DNA of 37,183 bases, from NCBI GenBank assembly GCA_034435095.1, contig DAOTYC010000034.1:1-37183 (forward strand). Reading direction: 5' to 3'. Position numbers and translations under genes: made by a program. The DNA comes from Anaerolineae bacterium. GTDB lineage: Bacteria; Chloroflexota; Anaerolineae; DAOTYC01. This document shows positions 1 to 11,476 of the stretch, piece after piece (position 1 is the first letter of the stretch; every line of letters begins with the position of its first letter). Below the pieces are notes generated by a model. That model saw only the letters and a list, made by a program, of their open reading frames with translations. It was not told the DNA's origin and did not search any database.

Positions 1-249
1 TTCGTTGCTCAGTTGAAGCGCACACTTACCTATTTCTATCCTGTCTCCGACCGCGAAAAAGTGGCGGGCTCTCCATGCTCAGAGGAAGAGCAGGGAGAGG
101 CCCCGGTCAGGGCCATACCCGTCATGTCCATTTCTGCAGGCGCGGTAGCGGCCAAAGACCAGAGGTTCTATGACGTAAAAGACATCATCATGGCAGCGAA
201 GGCCCGGCAGACAGTGGTCGCCCGAGTGCCCAGTGGAGATACCCTATAA
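1..249 (+). CDS. 3' end of an upstream gene (hypothetical protein, partial; start lies outside the window)
   Basis: The frame is open from base 1 (FVAQLKRTL...) to TAA at 247-249. No recognisable motif. GC-rich codon usage is consistent with the host. Confidence 0.35.
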   Translation, partial: FVAQLKRTLTYFYPVSDREKVAGSPCSEEEQGEAPVRAIPVMSISAGAVAAKDQRFYDVKDIIMAAKARQTVVARVPSGDTL

Positions 250-280
250 AACAGTACTATCTCAGACCTCAAGATGCGCA

Positions 281-345
281 TCACCACACCAGGTTGGACG
301 GAGGCCAATGCGTAGGGTCCGGCGCCGGTGTGGTGAGTGTTTTAT
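281..345 (+). terminator. Branched stem-loop with a T-rich tail between the upstream partial gene and the M20 peptidase gene
   Basis: TCACCACACC (281-290) pairs with GGTGTGGTGA (327-336), enclosing a ~36-nt internal region with a sub-stem GGAC/GTCC. It is followed by TGTTTTAT. The structure is terminator-like but the loop is atypically large. Confidence 0.3.
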
Positions 346-387
346 ATCAGGAGCCAGAGAGTGAACGAAAAACAACCTGAGAACAGG

Positions 388-1577
388 ATGGCCGAACGGG
401 AAACCCTGTGGCGGTTGGCGTCCGACAGCAAACAGGAGTGGTTATCTTTTGCCCAACGTCTTATCCAGACACCCAGCCTGCCCGGCGATGAGGGAGAGGT
501 CGCTGCCATCATCCAAGAAGAAATGCACCGACTTGGGTTCGGCCAGGTCTGGGCCGATGCGGTGGGCAATGTGATTGGAATGATGTCCGGCGATGGGGGG
601 GCATCCGTCTTGTTCAACGGACACATGGATGTCGTCGACCCTGGCCCAGTCGACGGATGGCAATACCACCCATACAGCGGCCATATAGACGGCGATTGGC
701 TGTGGGGGCGAGGTGCCAGCGACATGAAGGCCGCGCTGGCGCTCCAGGTGTATAGCCTGGGATTGCTCCGCCGGGCCGGGTATTCGTTCCCCGGAGACCG
801 CTACGTGACCGCGGTTGTCTTCGAGGAAACCGGCGGCCTGGGCACGCGCGCGTTGGTCAAAGAACTGAAAGCTGACATGGCTATAGTGGGCGAGGCGACC
901 AGCAATCAACTCGCCCGAGGCCACAGGGGGCGATTGGAACTCATTGTCCGTGTCAAGGGACGATCAGCGCACGCCAGTGTGCCGCAGCGAGGGGCCAACC
1001 CCCATTACAGCATCGCCCAATTCCTGAGCCGCTTGAGTGAACTCGACATGGCCCAGGACGCAGACTTCGGTAGTTCGACCGTGGCGCCTACCTTATATCG
1101 CACCGATCAGACCAGCGCGAACGTGATTCCCGGCGAGGTCACACTCTATCTCGACTGGCGGAATGTTCCATCAGAGACGCCGGAAGACGCTCTCGCCAAG
1201 CTGCGTCCTCTGCTGGCGAGCAGCCTGCAGGATGGTTGCCACGGCAGCGTGGAACTCAATGTGTCTCGTTTCCGAACGTACACTGGCTATGAACAGGAGA
1301 TGACCAGGGAATTTCCCGGCTTCGTTTTGCCCGCCGACCATCCGCTGGTGCTCAAAGCGCAAGCGGTTCTACAATCGTATTTGGGCCGCGACGTATCGGT
1401 CATCACCTGGCGATTTGCCACGGACGGGGCTTACCTGGTTCAGTCCGGCACGCCTACCATCGGTTTTTCGCCAGCTTCGGACCTGTATCCACACACGAAC
1501 GAGGAGCGCATCGCCATCCAGGACATGGTTGAGGGCCTGGTTGGATACATGGGGCTGGCTCTGGAATTGGGAAGGGC

Positions 1578-1581
<4 letters not shown>
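388..1581 (+). CDS. M20 family metallopeptidase (ArgE/DapE/acetylornithine deacetylase-like)
   Basis: Motifs HMDVVDPG and [12 protein letters not shown] are typical of M20 peptidases/deacylases, and the length (~400 aa) fits. ATG at 388 (MAERETLW) is chosen over the upstream in-frame codons. The stop overlaps the uvrB start (ATGA at 1578-1581). Confidence 0.8.
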
Positions 1582-3623
<2,042 letters not shown>

Positions 3624-3631
3624 ACGGAGCT

Positions 3632-4564
3632 ATGGTTGTTTCTCCTTCTTACCTGTCTCTGTGTGAATCGGGCGAGCTGGCGCGGCGTGTGGAGCACGCC
3701 CAGTCCATTCTGCACGCCTGCACGCTGTGCCCTCGCCGCTGTGGTGTGAATCGCGCGCAGGGAGAAAGAGGGTTCTGTCAGATGGGCGCTGAGCCGATGG
3801 TTTCGGCCTGGAATAGCCACCACGGAGAAGAACCGCCCCTCAGCGGGACGCGTGGCTCAGGGACCATTTTCTTCACCGGATGTACCGCTCGCTGCCTGTT
3901 TTGCCAGAACTATCCCATCAGTCAGCTCCATAGAGGCAATCAAGTGACAGCCGAACGGCTTGGTGAACTCATGGTGATGCTGCAGAAGCGGGGGGTGCAC
4001 AACATCAATTTCGTCACGCCGACCCACTTCGTGCCACAAATTCTGGCGGCCTTGCTCTATGCGATTCCGCAAGGTTTCTCCCTGCCGCTGGTATACAACA
4101 CCAGCGGCTATGAAACACTGGACACCCTGCGCCTTTTAGACGGTATTATTGACATTTACCTGCCAGACGCGAAATATTCTGACGACGCTGTGGCCCAGGA
4201 ACTATCCGGCTTCAAGGATTATGTGGGGCACAATCGTGCCGCGCTGCTGGAAATGTGTCGGCAGGTTGGGCCGCGGCTCATTTTGAACGAACATGGCATC
4301 GCTCAGCGGGGTTTGATCGTGCGGCACCTGGTATTGCCACATCGGTTGGCCGGCACACGGGAGGTTCTGACCTGGCTGGCGAACAACCTTTCTCGCCAGG
4401 TGTACGTCAGCCTGATGGCGCAATACTTCCCAGCCTACCGCGCCGTGGGGCATCCCCTGCTGGGGCGCAAACTGACCGCTGAAGAATACGATGAGGCCTT
4501 AGCCGCCCTGGAGGAACTGGGTTTTGAAGAGGGCTGGTCACAGATATTTGAGGACGAGTTCTGA
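3632..4564 (+). CDS. Radical SAM enzyme, PflX-like (putative pyruvate formate-lyase-activating-enzyme family, COG1313-type)
   Basis: Radical SAM cluster motif CTARCLFC (CxxxCxxC) plus an N-terminal auxiliary Cys cluster CTLCPRRC. ATG at 3632 is preceded by GACGGAG. It lies 8 nt after the uvrB stop. Confidence 0.8.
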   Translation: MVVSPSYLSLCESGELARRVEHAQSILHACTLCPRRCGVNRAQGERGFCQMGAEPMVSAWNSHHGEEPPLSGTRGSGTIFFTGCTARCLFCQNYPISQLHRGNQVTAERLGELMVMLQKRGVHNINFVTPTHFVPQILAALLYAIPQGFSLPLVYNTSGYETLDTLRLLDGIIDIYLPDAKYSDDAVAQELSGFKDYVGHNRAALLEMCRQVGPRLILNEHGIAQRGLIVRHLVLPHRLAGTREVLTWLANNLSRQVYVSLMAQYFPAYRAVGHPLLGRKLTAEEYDEALAALEELGFEEGWSQIFEDEF

Positions 4565-4573
4565 GGATTGACG

Positions 4574-6349
4574 ATGGCCTTGCAGACGGTGCTCAACGAG
4601 AACCAAAGAAAACTGCTGACGAAGGAGCGCGAGCTGTTCGGTCAGCTTGTATCCGCGCTGGCCCGGGCTGAAATCGCGCCGAAAGATATGGAGCGGCTAC
4701 AGCGCTCCATCGTGCAGTTGGACGAACTGTTTCTCCTGGTTGTGGTCGGTGAGTTCAATTCCGGCAAGTCCGCGTTTATCAACGCCCTTTTGGGCCAGCG
4801 GTTCCTCGAGGAGGGAGTGACTCCGACCACGCATCAAATTCACCTGGTGCGTTATGGGCCGGAAATTCAGCGCGAAATCACGGGACCGACCCTGGTGACC
4901 GTCAGTTTGCCGCTCGAATTTCTGAAGGAGACCAACATCGTTGACACACCTGGCACCAACGCGGTGATCAGGCAGCACGAAGAGATCACAACTGAGTTTA
5001 TACCGCGCAGCGATGTGGTTCTATTTGTCACCTCTGTAGACCGACCTTTCACCGAGAGCGAACGTGCCTTCCTCGCCAGGATCAAAGAATGGGGCAAGAA
5101 AGTCATCATCGTGCTCAATAAGATTGATATTATCGAGGACGAGGACGCCATCAAGAAAGTGGAGGCCTACATCGCCGACAACAGCCGCCAACTCTTGGGC
5201 CTGTCCCCCGAAGTCTTTCCCATTTCGGCCAAACTTGCTCTGCAGAGCAAGATGGCGACGGAGGGGAAGAAGGGGAAGAATGTCGTTTCTGCGTCGGCCA
5301 AACAAGCCTGGCAAGCCAGCCGGTTCGAGCCGCTGGAGAGATATATTTTGGAAACGCTCGACCAGAGAAGTCGGATCAGATTGAAGCTGCTCAGCCCGCT
5401 GGGCGTCGCCGAACAAACGCTGCGACAATATCAAACTATTGTCCGCGAGCGGCTGGCTTTGTTAGAAGAAGATTTTAAAACGATTAAGAACATCGAGTCC
5501 CAATTGGCAGTCTATCGCCAGGATATGCTGCGCGATTTCGAGTTCCGGGTCACTGAAATTGAAAACCATCTCCTCTTGATGGAAAAACGGGGGCTCAATT
5601 TCTTCGATGAGACGCTACGGCTGAGCCGCATCTTTGACCTCATTAACTCTGAGCGCATTCGCGGCGCTTACGAACGCGAAGTGGTCGCTGATACACCGCA
5701 TCAGGTCGAAGCTTCGGTTGAGGAGACCATTGATTGGTTTGTGGAGCATGACCTCCGTCAGTGGCAGGGCATCGTCGAGTACCTCAACAAGCGGAGATTG
5801 CCCGAACATGAAGAGAAGGTCATCGGGCAGTTGGGTTCACCGTTCGAGTATAACCGGCGTGCTCTTTTGGACTCGGTCGGCAAGGCAGCACAAGAAGCGG
5901 TCGCCAGCTACGACAAGGCCGCCGAAGCCAGGGCCATTGGCGAGGCAACTCAGATGGCCGTCGCGCAGGCCGCGTTGCTCGAAGCCGGCGCGATTGGACT
6001 GGGCACTTTGGTCGCCATTGCCTTGAGCTCAACGGTAGCCGATTTCACCGGCATCCTGGCCGCCAGCATTCTGGCTACCCTCGGCCTTTTCGTCATTCCG
6101 GCCAAGCGGAAGAAGGCCAAGAACGAGTTGCAGGCCAAGATCAGCCGCGTGAGACAAAAACTGGTCGCCAGCCTGATGGCCCAGTTTGAGCGCGAGCTCA
6201 ATCGGTCCATTCTACGCATCGAAGAAGCTATCGCACCTTATACGCGCTTTGTCCGGGCGGAAGGTGACCGCCTGAAGGAATTGCAGGGTGAAATGGATAA
6301 ACTGGAAAACAGCCTGGCCCACCTCAAAGCCCAGATAGAGCGACTCTAG
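4574..6349 (+). CDS. Bacterial dynamin-like GTPase (single GTPase domain, DLP family)
   Basis: G1 motif GEFNSGKSAFINALLG, G3 motif DTPG and G4 motif LNKID. The long alpha-helical stalk has a hydrophobic paddle-like segment (AGAIGLGTLVAIALSSTVADFTGILAASILATLGLFVI) and a C-terminal coiled coil. GAGGA RBS sits 6 nt upstream of ATG 4574. Confidence 0.85.
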   Translation: MALQTVLNENQRKLLTKERELFGQLVSALARAEIAPKDMERLQRSIVQLDELFLLVVVGEFNSGKSAFINALLGQRFLEEGVTPTTHQIHLVRYGPEIQREITGPTLVTVSLPLEFLKETNIVDTPGTNAVIRQHEEITTEFIPRSDVVLFVTSVDRPFTESERAFLARIKEWGKKVIIVLNKIDIIEDEDAIKKVEAYIADNSRQLLGLSPEVFPISAKLALQSKMATEGKKGKNVVSASAKQAWQASRFEPLERYILETLDQRSRIRLKLLSPLGVAEQTLRQYQTIVRERLALLEEDFKTIKNIESQLAVYRQDMLRDFEFRVTEIENHLLLMEKRGLNFFDETLRLSRIFDLINSERIRGAYEREVVADTPHQVEASVEETIDWFVEHDLRQWQGIVEYLNKRRLPEHEEKVIGQLGSPFEYNRRALLDSVGKAAQEAVASYDKAAEARAIGEATQMAVAQAALLEAGAIGLGTLVAIALSSTVADFTGILAASILATLGLFVIPAKRKKAKNELQAKISRVRQKLVASLMAQFERELNRSILRIEEAIAPYTRFVRAEGDRLKELQGEMDKLENSLAHLKAQIERL

Positions 6350-6378
6350 GCTCGAACGCGATGGACCGTGCGAAAAGG

Positions 6379-6723
6379 TTACGCCTCGACCTGTTTCAGG
6401 AAGTCGAGGATTTGTTCGAGAACCTGTTCGGGAGTCAGGTCATCTGTTGCAATGTAGAGGTCGCAATGTTGGCGGGCATCGCGCAGGCGGTCTTGCAAGG
6501 TTTGTAGATAGGAGACACCCCAATCAATTCGTCGGCGTTGGCGGATAGCTGCCAGACTCACGTCCAGGTAGATCAGGACATCCGGGCGACAAATGCGGCG
6601 CCACATGTCCGGCACATAGGAATGTTCCTGGCTGCATTGATGGGCATCATAGCCCCTGGCCCTCAAGGCATGAGCCAGTACTGATTTGCCCGATGCACAA
6701 GGCCCGACCAGAGTGATACGCAT
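6379..6723 (-). CDS. Small P-loop NTPase / nucleoside(-tide) kinase-like protein
   Basis: Walker A motif GPCASGKS sits 5 residues from the N-terminus (MRITLVGPCASGKSVL). Length ~114 aa. GAGG RBS upstream of ATG 6723. The gene is convergent with the dynamin gene. Confidence 0.6.
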   Translation of the reverse strand: MRITLVGPCASGKSVLAHALRARGYDAHQCSQEHSYVPDMWRRICRPDVLIYLDVSLAAIRQRRRIDWGVSYLQTLQDRLRDARQHCDLYIATDDLTPEQVLEQILDFLKQVEA

Positions 6724-6839
6724 ATTGAACCTCTGATTACTGGAACTGTTAACCGAATGCCAATAGCCGCGGCCCAATGCGCGTTTCGTATTCACCGTGG
6801 CCTTGCCATTTTACTTAAATCTCAAGGACTGCACAAAAG

Positions 6840-7694
6840 GTGGGTATATCGTTTTCGGTGCGTCCAATTGATAGCCGCGATGAAGCGAGCCTGGTGCAAT
6901 GGCTAGACCGCCAGACGAGATTGCACATGCGCTTCGCCCTGGACGAGCTGGGCGATTGGTTTTCCATGCACCATGGCTTTGTGGCTGTAAATGATGCTGG
7001 CCTGGCGGGTTTCATACTCTACGCCATGACCACACCCACTCAGGCGTCTCTGGTCGGGCTGGCGATAGGCGACCGATGGCGCAGGCTTGAACCAGAGCTG
7101 CTCACCACCCTTTTTGAAGGCACAGTGCCGTTCCTCCATCAGCGTGGGACATCTGCCATTGCCTGTGTGACGGTTTTGGATTGGGTTGGGGTAGCCCTGC
7201 GCCGCTATCTGCGTTTTCAGCCCGTTGGCGCCCTGGCGAGCTACCTGAAATCGGACTGGCACATCCCACAACATGGGAATCCTTCCGTTCACGTCGTTGC
7301 AGCCGCCCCGGAGGATGCCAGGGGTTTGCTGAATGTAGACCGGGCTGCCTTCCCGCCGCTATGGCATTTGGACGAATACGCCATCCTCTCCCCGCTGCGC
7401 CGAAATGGGTATTTGCTCAAGGCGGAATGGCGTGGGGTTATCGTGGGTTACGCATCAGGCGTCTGGAACCAAGAGCATGGGCATCTCAACCGACTTGCCG
7501 TTCACCCGCAGGCGCAGGGATATGGTATCGGCAAACGGTTGTTGGCTGAGAGCCTGCTGCGATTTCATCAAGCCGGCGTCTATCAGGTCACTCTGAACAC
7601 CCAGTCCGACAATCTGGCGTCTCGACGACTATATGAACAATTTGGCTTTCACTTAATCAATTGCGATACACAGGTGTTGGTCAGGACAATATAA
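6840..7694 (+). CDS. GNAT family N-acetyltransferase (tandem GNAT-like halves; the C-terminal half is canonical)
   Basis: The C-terminal half carries GNAT motif A (LNRLAVHPQAQGYGIGKRLLAE), and the N-terminal half has a degenerate GNAT-like fold pattern. The start is uncertain: GTG 6840 or GTG 6858. Confidence 0.7.
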   Translation: MGISFSVRPIDSRDEASLVQWLDRQTRLHMRFALDELGDWFSMHHGFVAVNDAGLAGFILYAMTTPTQASLVGLAIGDRWRRLEPELLTTLFEGTVPFLHQRGTSAIACVTVLDWVGVALRRYLRFQPVGALASYLKSDWHIPQHGNPSVHVVAAAPEDARGLLNVDRAAFPPLWHLDEYAILSPLRRNGYLLKAEWRGVIVGYASGVWNQEHGHLNRLAVHPQAQGYGIGKRLLAESLLRFHQAGVYQVTLNTQSDNLASRRLYEQFGFHLINCDTQVLVRTI

Positions 7695-7703
7695 AAGGGC
7701 TTT

Positions 7704-7731
7704 TTGACTTTATGCCAACTATGATATATTT
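7704..7731 (+). promoter_or_regulatory. Putative sigma70-type promoter for the SPFH gene
   Basis: TTGACT (7704-7709), a 15-16 nt spacer, then TATATT (7725-7730), about 65 nt upstream of ATG 7795. It sits in an AT-rich island within a GC-rich genome. Confidence 0.4.
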
Positions 7732-7794
7732 AGGTGGGTGAGTTTGAGTGGTTGGCGCACTGAGTAAGCTGACACTGGCTGATGAGGCATAGGC

Positions 7795-9531
7795 ATGTCC
7801 CTGGGAAACGACTTTCCACAAGAGTTTTTGGGCCCTGATAAGCAGAGCAAGACGCCTTCTGCAGGGTGGTTCGTGGCGTTGGGTATCCTTCTGGTTGCCA
7901 ACCTGTTCATGTGGTTCTATCCGCCGGCGCAGAGTTTCCGTGCCTCTGTTTTCTCTATCCTCTCAATTATGGCGCTGGCCTATAGCGGAGCGTTCAAACG
8001 ATATCGGCGGTTGATTTATGCTATGGTCGTGCCAGGGCTTCTCTCCTGGACATTGGTAGGGCACGGGTTTTACTGGCTGGCCAGCAGCAGTCAATACAGA
8101 GGTCCCGGCGCGGCCTTTATCAGAGGCCTGGCTGGCGGGCCAGCAACGCAGAGCCTGGTATCCTTTGTCGTCGGGCTTGTGGCAGGTATGCTGGTCCCCA
8201 TGCTTATCCTCGAAGGCTATGTGTTCCTGAACAAAGACGTGGTTCAGGCCTTCTCAGGTTTGGATATGGCAACTGTTCAAAAGATTTTGCGCTCTTTGTT
8301 CCTCAACCTGCAACGCTCCTATTACATGGTCAGAGACGGCGAAATCACTAGAACCAGACCGCAGGGACTGCCACTCATCGGTGGACCGGGTCTGGTCATT
8401 GTCACGCCGGGCAATGCCGTCGTGTTTGAGCATGGCGGTAAGTTGAAGCGCGTGGAGCTGAGCGGAGTTCACAGGACAAAGAGGTTTGAGCGCATCTACA
8501 AAGTGATTCGACTGACCTCACGGAGCAACCTGACAGCCACCTCTACCCCGATTTATCCTGCACCGGGCATGCCACTTGCTCGCCTGCCGGAGCCTGCACC
8601 AGGTGAACGGAACGTGCGCCGCGCCCGCTCAAAGGATGGAATCTACATTGACCTCGATTTTGTGGTCTACTTTCAGATCAAGCGGCGAAGCGAGCCATCC
8701 CAGGATAAGGTGTTGGCCCAGTTTACCTCACAAGAAGTTAGAGAATTACCCGACGCTTACTTTGTGGATAAGAATGACGTGTTCAAGGCTGCCACCAGCT
8801 TCAATCATTGGGAACTCGCCGTCTCAGCCATTGCCGAAGATGTGCTGCGCGATATTCTAACGCAATATAACCTGGACGAGCTGTTTGAGCCGCCGGCCGA
8901 ATCTGAACTCCAGAGAATACTCAAGAACCTGAAAGGGGCCGACGTCGCTGAGCAAGAAATCGAGATCATCCGAAATCTGCCGAAAATCCAGGGAAAGATT
9001 TGCCAGGATATCCGGGACAGGATCAACAAGATCGTCAACGGAGATGGCATAGAGGTAACCTACGTGTCGATTGGCGCCGTTGATGTCCCATCAGAGGTAC
9101 GTGAGCGTCTGCAAGAGGAATGGTTGGCACGAAGCAAAGTCCGTTTGGCTGAGGCGGAAAGGAGTGCGATCTTGGTCTCCAGCGCAGCAGAAAAAGAAGC
9201 CAGACGAATTCGCGCCGAAGCAGATGCAGAGGCCATCAAGCTGATAGAACAGGCCAAAGCATCTGCACAGCAGAGATTTCTGACAGCACTGGGCCGGATT
9301 CTCAGTGAACCGAAGATAAAAGAGAGAGAACTTACTTCTTACGTGATGCTCTCTCTGCGCCTGATACAGGCTCTCCAGGAAGTTGCTGCTGAACCTTCGG
9401 CCAAACTACTATTCCCCTACGGGATGCCTTTTCACGACATAGAGGGAACAATTACGGATTTGCTGGAAGACAAGCCAGCGGCTTCAAGCACGCAGGCGTC
9501 GCCGGGATCACCGACCGTTGAAAAAGGTTGA
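7795..9531 (+). CDS. Polytopic membrane protein with an SPFH/band-7 (flotillin-like) domain
   Basis: N-terminal ~150 aa carry 4 predicted TM helices. The central region resembles an SPFH fold (GGPGLVIVTPGNAVVFEHGG...DLDFVVYFQIKR). A flotillin-like EA-rich coiled coil follows (AEAERSAILVSSAAEKEARRIRAEADAEAIKLIEQAKASAQ), then a Ser/Pro-rich C-terminal tail. Confidence 0.7.
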   Translation: MSLGNDFPQEFLGPDKQSKTPSAGWFVALGILLVANLFMWFYPPAQSFRASVFSILSIMALAYSGAFKRYRRLIYAMVVPGLLSWTLVGHGFYWLASSSQYRGPGAAFIRGLAGGPATQSLVSFVVGLVAGMLVPMLILEGYVFLNKDVVQAFSGLDMATVQKILRSLFLNLQRSYYMVRDGEITRTRPQGLPLIGGPGLVIVTPGNAVVFEHGGKLKRVELSGVHRTKRFERIYKVIRLTSRSNLTATSTPIYPAPGMPLARLPEPAPGERNVRRARSKDGIYIDLDFVVYFQIKRRSEPSQDKVLAQFTSQEVRELPDAYFVDKNDVFKAATSFNHWELAVSAIAEDVLRDILTQYNLDELFEPPAESELQRILKNLKGADVAEQEIEIIRNLPKIQGKICQDIRDRINKIVNGDGIEVTYVSIGAVDVPSEVRERLQEEWLARSKVRLAEAERSAILVSSAAEKEARRIRAEADAEAIKLIEQAKASAQQRFLTALGRILSEPKIKERELTSYVMLSLRLIQALQEVAAEPSAKLLFPYGMPFHDIEGTITDLLEDKPAASSTQASPGSPTVEKG

Positions 9532-9577
9532 TTGCGGCTACGTCACCACAATCATCGGGCTGAAAGGATGAGGGGCG

Positions 9578-10480
9578 ATGGCCACCTGCAACATTTGTCA
9601 TGCGCAGTACGTTAGTGGGGAGAATCCCTGTTGGCGTTGTGGGCAGGACAACGCCGAGTGGGAAGCCCAACGCGCTCGTAGCCGCTGGGAAAGATTCAGG
9701 GGATTTTTCGGGAACGTGTGGGGGGTAATAGCCGTCGCGATCAACCTGTTCGCCCTCATACTTCTGGTCTGGATCACGCTGGCGAGCGCGGCCTGGGCTT
9801 ACCCTGACATAGAATCGGGACTTATGGCCAATCGGGTCACCATCCTCGGCCAATTTCTGGCCTGGTTCATGTCCTTTATTGCGATCTTTGTCATCTATGC
9901 CGTTCGCTTCGAACTGTGGAATTACAGTTGGATTCGTCACGTGATGCGGCGCACACCGCCTAATCTGTACGTCATTGCCGTTATCATGTTCTTGCTGGGC
10001 ATCTTTCTGCTGCTTGTCTACATGAGTGCCTCAATTATGTTGTCAACCATGACGACACAGGCGGGATGGTCTGGAGCGGAACAAAATGTGTTCATGGTCC
10101 TGTTCAACAGAATCGTGATGCCCGCCATTTATGGGTTTCTGTTTGCCTTCTTCACAGCCGGCAGCATGTTCATGAGCGCTGGCCTGTTTGTCGACCGGCT
10201 GAAAGATAAGTTGGGACAGCCCATTTTCATGAACACCCGGCACCTGGCCGACGTTGTGCGCAAAGGTGTCGAACAAACTTTGAGGTTGCCGCCAGATTCG
10301 ACCAAAACCTCGTCCATCAAGCGCACGGAGCAGGGTGGTATCAAGATGATCATCAGGTATACCAGCAGTCCGGCTCCTGGTGAAGGGTCAAAAGCTACCG
10401 AAAAGCGGTTCACCGTCGAGGCCAACAAATGGGGGCAAATTCAGTCTCTGGTCGAAGAGTCGGTTTCAGATAGTCCCTAG
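9578..10480 (+). CDS. Membrane protein with N-terminal zinc-ribbon (CxxC...CxxC) and 4-5 TM helices
   Basis: The N-terminus reads CNICHAQYVSGENPCWRCG. It is followed by several hydrophobic helices and a soluble C-terminal ~80 aa. It lies 46 nt downstream of the SPFH gene with its own RBS (AAAGGATGAGGGG). Confidence 0.65.
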   Translation: MATCNICHAQYVSGENPCWRCGQDNAEWEAQRARSRWERFRGFFGNVWGVIAVAINLFALILLVWITLASAAWAYPDIESGLMANRVTILGQFLAWFMSFIAIFVIYAVRFELWNYSWIRHVMRRTPPNLYVIAVIMFLLGIFLLLVYMSASIMLSTMTTQAGWSGAEQNVFMVLFNRIVMPAIYGFLFAFFTAGSMFMSAGLFVDRLKDKLGQPIFMNTRHLADVVRKGVEQTLRLPPDSTKTSSIKRTEQGGIKMIIRYTSSPAPGEGSKATEKRFTVEANKWGQIQSLVEESVSDSP

Positions 10481-10522
10481 CCACCCACGTAGTTGGCGAT
10501 CTTGCAGAGCAAGGAGTGGATC

Positions 10523-11449
10523 ATGACAGATTCCCACGTTGTCGTCATAGGCGCAGCCAGCATTGATACGAAGGGGCGGAGCCTCATGCCCTTGCAACCG
10601 GGCACATCGACGCCCGGCCAGATCCGGGTCAGCGTGGGCGGTGTGGCGCGCAACATAGCCGAGAACCTGGCCCGGCTGGGCGTTCAGACGACGCTCCTTT
10701 CTGCTGTGGGTGACGACCCGTCGGGCCGCCGCATCCTCACACGAACCCAGGAAGGCGGCGTCAACACCGAGCATGTCATCGTCCAACCACTGGCTCGTTC
10801 GGCGGCTTATATCGCCGTCCTCGACGAGGAGGGGAATCCATTCGTGTCTGTGGACGATATGGAGGTCATTAAAGCCATCACACCACGCTACATCTACGCG
10901 CGCCGCAGCCTGTTTGCTCAGGCCGACATGATCGTCTTCGACGCCAATCTATCACCCCGAACTATTGATTCAATCATGTCACTGGCCGCGAAGCATAACG
11001 TCCCCGTGTGCGCCGATCCGACCTCGGCGACCCTGGCGACCAAACTTAAACCCTACCTGCCCCGGCTGCATGTAGTCACGCCCAACGCGGCGGAGACGGA
11101 GGCGCTCTGCGGTCGCAAAGCCGAAAAGCGCGGCCAGGCGGAACAGGCCGCCAAAGATCTGGTCAGGCAGGGCGTTGATATCGCCGTCGTCACCCTGGCC
11201 GAGTTGGGCGTCTGTTACGCAACCAGCGAGGGCAGCGGGCACATCAGCGCGGTCAAGACTGACGTGGTAGATTTCACCGGCGGTGGCGATGCGCTGACCG
11301 CCTCCCTCATCTTCGGCCTGCTAAATGACTTCCCCGTTGACGAGGCTATCCGGCTGGGCGTTGCTGCTGCCACACTGACGCTGCGCTGTCGCGACACGGT
11401 CTGCCCCGACATCAGTCTGGACCGAATCTACGATTGTCTGGGCGTTTGA
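10523..11449 (+). CDS. PfkB family carbohydrate/nucleoside kinase (ribokinase-like)
   Basis: PfkB signature-2 DFTGGGDALTASLIFGLL and an N-terminal GG dipeptide region (VGGVARN). GGAG RBS precedes ATG 10523. The substrate is unknown (ribokinase or pseudouridine-kinase type). Confidence 0.8.
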   Translation: MTDSHVVVIGAASIDTKGRSLMPLQPGTSTPGQIRVSVGGVARNIAENLARLGVQTTLLSAVGDDPSGRRILTRTQEGGVNTEHVIVQPLARSAAYIAVLDEEGNPFVSVDDMEVIKAITPRYIYARRSLFAQADMIVFDANLSPRTIDSIMSLAAKHNVPVCADPTSATLATKLKPYLPRLHVVTPNAAETEALCGRKAEKRGQAEQAAKDLVRQGVDIAVVTLAELGVCYATSEGSGHISAVKTDVVDFTGGGDALTASLIFGLLNDFPVDEAIRLGVAAATLTLRCRDTVCPDISLDRIYDCLGV

Positions 11450-11476
11450 ATCAGGCTTCTCAGAAGCGTTGATGTC

